This document shows positions 60,442 to 64,000 of a stretch of DNA of 64,000 bases, piece after piece. Source of the stretch: an uncultured Acidimicrobiales bacterium (GTDB lineage: Bacteria > Actinomycetota > Acidimicrobiia > Acidimicrobiales > SZUA-35); contig CAVQVO010000011.1 of NCBI GenBank assembly GCA_963717115.1, positions 5,861-69,860 of the forward strand, written 5' to 3'. How positions within the stretch are numbered: position 1 is the first letter of the stretch; each line of letters starts with the position of its first letter. The notes beneath the pieces are model-generated. The model saw only the letters and a list, made by a program, of their open reading frames with translations. It did not search any database and was not told the DNA's origin. The position numbers were made by a program, and so were the translations under genes.

Positions 60442-61844
60442 CTCGTCGCCGTACCGCTGGACCGATTCGGTCGCAGTCGAGTGGAACGACGCAGGTGGAT
60501 ACGCCTATCGGCCCGGTGAGGTCCTGCTTCGAGGCAAGGCGGCGATGAGATTCGTTCAGCGAATCGAGCCCGACGTGGCCGTGGAGCCTCTCGAAGACGC
60601 GATCCGGGAGCTCTTCGCTCAGGTCGAGGCACCCGATTCGGTCGAAGCGTTCATGGCCAGCGAAGCCGTCCCGCCCGGCGTGTGGCAATGGCGCCGACTG
60701 ACCGGTGTGACCGACGTGGTCGGCGTCGTTCGCGCTGCGAGGGCGGCCGGCCACCGGGTCCAGCCGAACCACGTGCTCTTTGCCGACAACTGCTCGTGCG
60801 GGGAATCGTGTCCTCCGCACCCGTCCCTGGCGAACGACCTCGCCGGGCTGCTCGGCAACCCGCTGCGCGCCAACCCGCTGCGTGCGAACCCGTTGCGTGC
60901 GAACCCCTTGCGCGCCAACCCGCTGCGTGCGAACCCCTTGCGCGCCAACCCGTTGCGTGCGAACAAGCCGCCGGTCAACAGCGCGGTCCCGGCCCCCGAG
61001 GTCGACGTCGTGGAGACCGGACTCCCTCAGATCGATCCGAAGCCACGGGCGATCGTCTTCGACACGGGCTATGCCGACGATGGATTTCCGCTCCTCGCCA
61101 TCGCAGACATCTCGGGGGCGCGCGAGGTGCCGGACGCCATACCGGTACTCCTGGGCGGCGATGGGTATCTGGATCCGGTGGCAGGCCACGGAACGTTCAT
61201 TTCCGGCCTCGTCCAACTCCTCAGCCGAGGGACACCGATCACGGTGAGGCGCGGTCATCGGCCCACTCGGAGACGCAGACGAACTCACGCTGTCGGCCTG
61301 GCTCCTGGGCCAACTGATCCTGGACTCTGCCGAGGGCACGACCGAGAGCTGGCCGAGAACGGTGTTCAGCATCTCGATGAGCGGAGACCTCATCAGCCCC
61401 ATTGCGTTGGTCGGCGAGGTCGTCTCGTTGGTCCAGACGAAGGGCATCACGGTGGTGGCATCGGCAGGAAACGCTGCTGCCTGCCGTCCCGCCTATCCCG
61501 CAGCGCTTCCGGGAGTCATCTCGGTCGGCGCCCTCGGTCCATGCGGGCCCGCCGAGTTCACCAACTACGGACCTTGGGTACGGGCCTGTGCGCCGGGGGT
61601 CGACCTGATCAGTTCGTTCTTCGGATTCAACGGTGCGAATGTCGCGATCAACGGAGTCGACATCGATGACTTCCGCGGCTGGGCGTACTGGAGTGGTACC
61701 TCGTTCTCGGTCCCGATCGTCGTTGCCGCGCTGATCAACGACATGCGACTGCGCGGTCGAACGGGAAAGGAAGCGGTCGACGCGATCATCGATGCCCCGC
61801 ATCTCGCTCGGATCCCGTGCCTCGGCACGATCGTCAACATGTAG
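60434..61844 (+). CDS. S8 subtilisin-like serine protease with internal ANPLR repeats; one frameshift near 61250
   Basis: FDTG (Asp), GHGTF (His), SAGN (oxyanion Asn) and SGTSFS (Ser). Removing one base near 61250 joins ORFs 60422..61669 and 61362..61844 via AVIGPLGDADELTLSAW. Confidence 0.9.
60854..60964 (+). repeat. 15-bp coding tandem repeat: GNPLR + (ANPLR)x6 + AN
   Basis: Units GCS AAC CCS YTG CGY; differences among the six ANPLR units are all synonymous. Confidence 0.95.
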
Positions 61845-62169
61845 CCCGCCCTCGAATCGCCGAGCAAATCGTCAGGCCGATCGCCGATGATGTACCCCGG
61901 CTTCTGGGTTTCGGTCCGACGATCCGGTTCCGACGTCGCCCTCGCAGGTGCGGTTCCCGGCGCCGACCGACCCAGGCTCGAATCCATCATCGGAGCGTAG
62001 GCCCAGCTGGACAAGCGTCTGGACGAGTCGAAGCACACGCACCCATCGTCGGATGGAGTTCCTGATCTCGACTTCTTCCAGCGTTGGCGGGTTGGCCATC
62101 CGGGTTCAGGCTTTGCGAGCGCCGCTCGGGTTCTGCGACGACTCGAATGGGTGGATGCGGGTGGCGACT

Positions 62170-62320
62170 CGCTCGGAGTGCGATCAGAACTCCGGCGACC
62201 ATGACCATGGCGCCGACGGTTTCGGCACGCCCGGGAACCCGATCGAGCAGGACGGCTGCTGACGCCATGGCGACGACGGGTGCGAGCAGCACGAACGGCA
62301 CGACATCAGCCGAACGAGTC
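62170..62320 (-). pseudogene. C-terminal remnant of an EamA/DMT transporter
   Basis: VVPFVLLAPVVAMASAAVLLDRVPGRAETVGAMVMVAGVLIA resembles the last two EamA helices; no upstream TM helices. Confidence 0.55.
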
Positions 62321-62535
62321 GACCAGGACTGACCGCCGCGGACCGGCTCGAAGCGGTCGCCCGACCGCTCCAACCGAAGGATGAGTCGCGGTCGAAGTGG
62401 CTGCTGTCGGGCCGGGTGTGGGCATGGGACTCGGTGGTGACGACGGCGAGCGTGGTGCCGGTCTTGGGTCATCGTCGGCGGTGCGTTGCGGCCGAACCGC
62501 TATCGTCGGTTTCGAGGGATGCATCACGGATCTCT

Positions 62536-62576
62536 CCCGACGAGGGGCGCACCGTACCGGCCGGAACGACGGGCGC
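62536..62576 (+). ncRNA. Guanidine-III (ykkC-III) riboswitch
   Basis: CCCGACGAGGGGCGCACCGTACCGGCCGGAACGACGGGCGC closely follows the ykkC-III pattern (GACGAGG..GCGC.CGTAC..GG..GACGGCGC) and abuts the AGGAG RBS of an SMR gene. Confidence 0.85.
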
Positions 62577-62590
62577 AGGAGAGAGTCGTC

Positions 62591-62908
62591 ATGGCGTGGG
62601 TCGTTCTGGTGGTCGCAGGACTGTTCGAGGTCGCATGGGCGAGTCTGTTGGATTCGACGAAGGGGTTCACTCGGCTCTGGCCGACGATGGGCTTCGTGGT
62701 CACGCTCGCGGTCAGCATGTACCTCTTGAGCGTCGCGACGCGCACGATTCCTGTTGGAACCGGTTACGCCGTGTGGGTCGGGATCGGTGCGGTCGGAGCG
62801 TTCCTGGTCGGCGTCGTGTTCAAGGGCGACGAGACCAGCGTGGGGCAGGTCACGGCGGTCGCGGCATTGGTGATGTCGATCGTCGCCGTCAAGCTGACGG
62901 CGGTCTGA
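62591..62908 (+). CDS. gdx: SMR family exporter, guanidinium exporter (SugE/Gdx type)
   Basis: MAWVVLVVAGLFEVAW with the conserved Glu, IPVGTGYAVWVGIG and the upstream riboswitch. Confidence 0.88.
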   Translation: MAWVVLVVAGLFEVAWASLLDSTKGFTRLWPTMGFVVTLAVSMYLLSVATRTIPVGTGYAVWVGIGAVGAFLVGVVFKGDETSVGQVTAVAALVMSIVAVKLTAV

Positions 62909-63055
62909 ATCGAGCTCATCGGTCGGGTCCTGCAGGAGTACCGGATGAGCGGTCGCCAGTCGTGATCGGTCATGGTGACGGCGGCGGAGATGCAGCCGCT
63001 GCTTCACCCGGGCCTGGCGGTTGTGGTCCGATGTCGGCCGGAGTCCCCGGCCCGA

Positions 63056-64000
63056 TCACGTCTTCCCGACGACGAGAACCACCAGGGCGACGTCGTCGTT
63101 GCGAGATTCGAAGGGCAGGATCGCGGCGAGCAGTCCCCGGATGCGGTCGGCAATCGCTTCGGCTGCGCCGCCACCGCATGCCGCTTCGGCAACGATCGCT
63201 CTCCAGCGGGCATCGTCGAGGTCGTGTGGTGGCGTGACATCGGTGGCGCCGTCGGTGTGGAAGACGACGACGTCGCCGGGCTCCAGATCGATCGTGGTCG
63301 GACTCACCCCGGGGTCGTCGAAGTAGCCGAGGAGCGTGCCGGGTCGACCGAACGCCGTCGCGTCACTGCGTCTGATCAACGTCGGCAGAGGATGACCACC
63401 GCAGGACACGGTGAGTGCCGCGTTCTCGAGCGTGAGGTCGATCGTGGCGTAGAGGCAGGTGAGGAAGGTCGAATGACCGGAGCGTCGCACGGCGCGGTTG
63501 AGGGAGTGCATGACGACCTCGTGGTCGTCGCCGTGCCAGGCGCTGTCGCGAATCGTGTGGCGAGCAAGCCCGGTGAGTGCAGCGGCGGACGGGCCGGTTC
63601 CACACACATCGCCGAGCACCAAGGCGTAGAGGCCTGCGTCCTCGAGCGCGAACAGATCGTAGAAGTCGCCACCGACCTCGGTGACCTCGCCGTTCGGCCA
63701 ATACCGTACGGCGACGTCGATACCGGGGAGCTCCGGCAGCGACATCGGGAGCAGACTGCGCTGAAGCGTCTGAGCGATCTCGCGCTGCTCGTCGTGGAGG
63801 CGGAGGTTCTCGATGCTCGAGGCGATGCGAGCCGCCACGGTCTCCGCCAGGGTCACGTCGTCGGAGGTGTAGCGCCGTGACGACTTCGAAGCGATGAACT
63901 GGAGCGCTCCGACCACTCGCGTGCGCTTCTTCATCGCAACGGTGATCGCCGAACCCAGATCGAGACGAAGAACCAGGTCGAGGGCTTCGGGTGAGAGGTC
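63056..64000 (-). CDS. GAF + SpoIIE (PP2C) phosphatase, 5' end outside the window
   Basis: LQRSLLP, VGGDFYD, GDVCG, HTDG and DDVA motifs. Confidence 0.92.
   Translation of the reverse strand, partial: DLSPEALDLVLRLDLGSAITVAMKKRTRVVGALQFIASKSSRRYTSDDVTLAETVAARIASSIENLRLHDEQREIAQTLQRSLLPMSLPELPGIDVAVRYWPNGEVTEVGGDFYDLFALEDAGLYALVLGDVCGTGPSAAALTGLARHTIRDSAWHGDDHEVVMHSLNRAVRRSGHSTFLTCLYATIDLTLENAALTVSCGGHPLPTLIRRSDATAFGRPGTLLGYFDDPGVSPTTIDLEPGDVVVFHTDGATDVTPPHDLDDARWRAIVAEAACGGGAAEAIADRIRGLLAAILPFESRNDDVALVVLVVGKT

Noticed and set aside
60854..60964. Possible CRISPR array or non-coding repeat
   Set aside because: The 15-bp units are contiguous with no spacers, in frame and synonymously varied; no cas genes are present
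61862..62170. Short ORFs downstream of the subtilase as a third component of the system
   Set aside because: No frame gives a convincing protein or RBS; the region looks like decayed sequence

Overview
A 64-kb, very GC-rich actinobacterial window. The gene content (wax ester synthase, F420-type LLM enzyme, MDMPI/TIGR03086 proteins, DUF222-HNH, SigF/SigB-type promoters, leaderless genes) suggests Acidimicrobiia, but this is inference. It is a mosaic accessory region of about 65 genes. I found no rRNA, tRNA, CRISPR array or clear IS/prophage. Main blocks in order: PhyH dioxygenase and arsC; a TetR-controlled two-domain hypothetical; a Usp-rich stress island (P-type ATPase, three Usp, membrane nitroreductase, K+ channel) with DosR-like boxes; an ACAD/APH/LLM lipid operon; an adenylate cyclase; a P450-methyltransferase-phosphohistidine enzyme operon; HNH, TesB and a CYP153-like P450; an MtrAB/LpqB-like two-component locus; a SigF-type stress block with a multidomain PP2C phosphatase; a TrmO-GNAT fusion; an ECF/anti-sigma/ABC operon; an orphan TRAP binding protein; a guanidine-III riboswitch before gdx. 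Many genes carry single-base frameshifts that look like long-read errors, and several gene remnants mark deletion scars. The most striking feature is a coupled pair at 57814-61844: a class III cyclase-STAND NTPase-TPR protein followed by an apparently cytoplasmic subtilase with seven tandem (A/G)NPLR pentapeptides encoded by synonymously diverged codons. This is a candidate undescribed NLR-like sensor/protease system. All calls rest on motif recognition by eye; no database searches were run.
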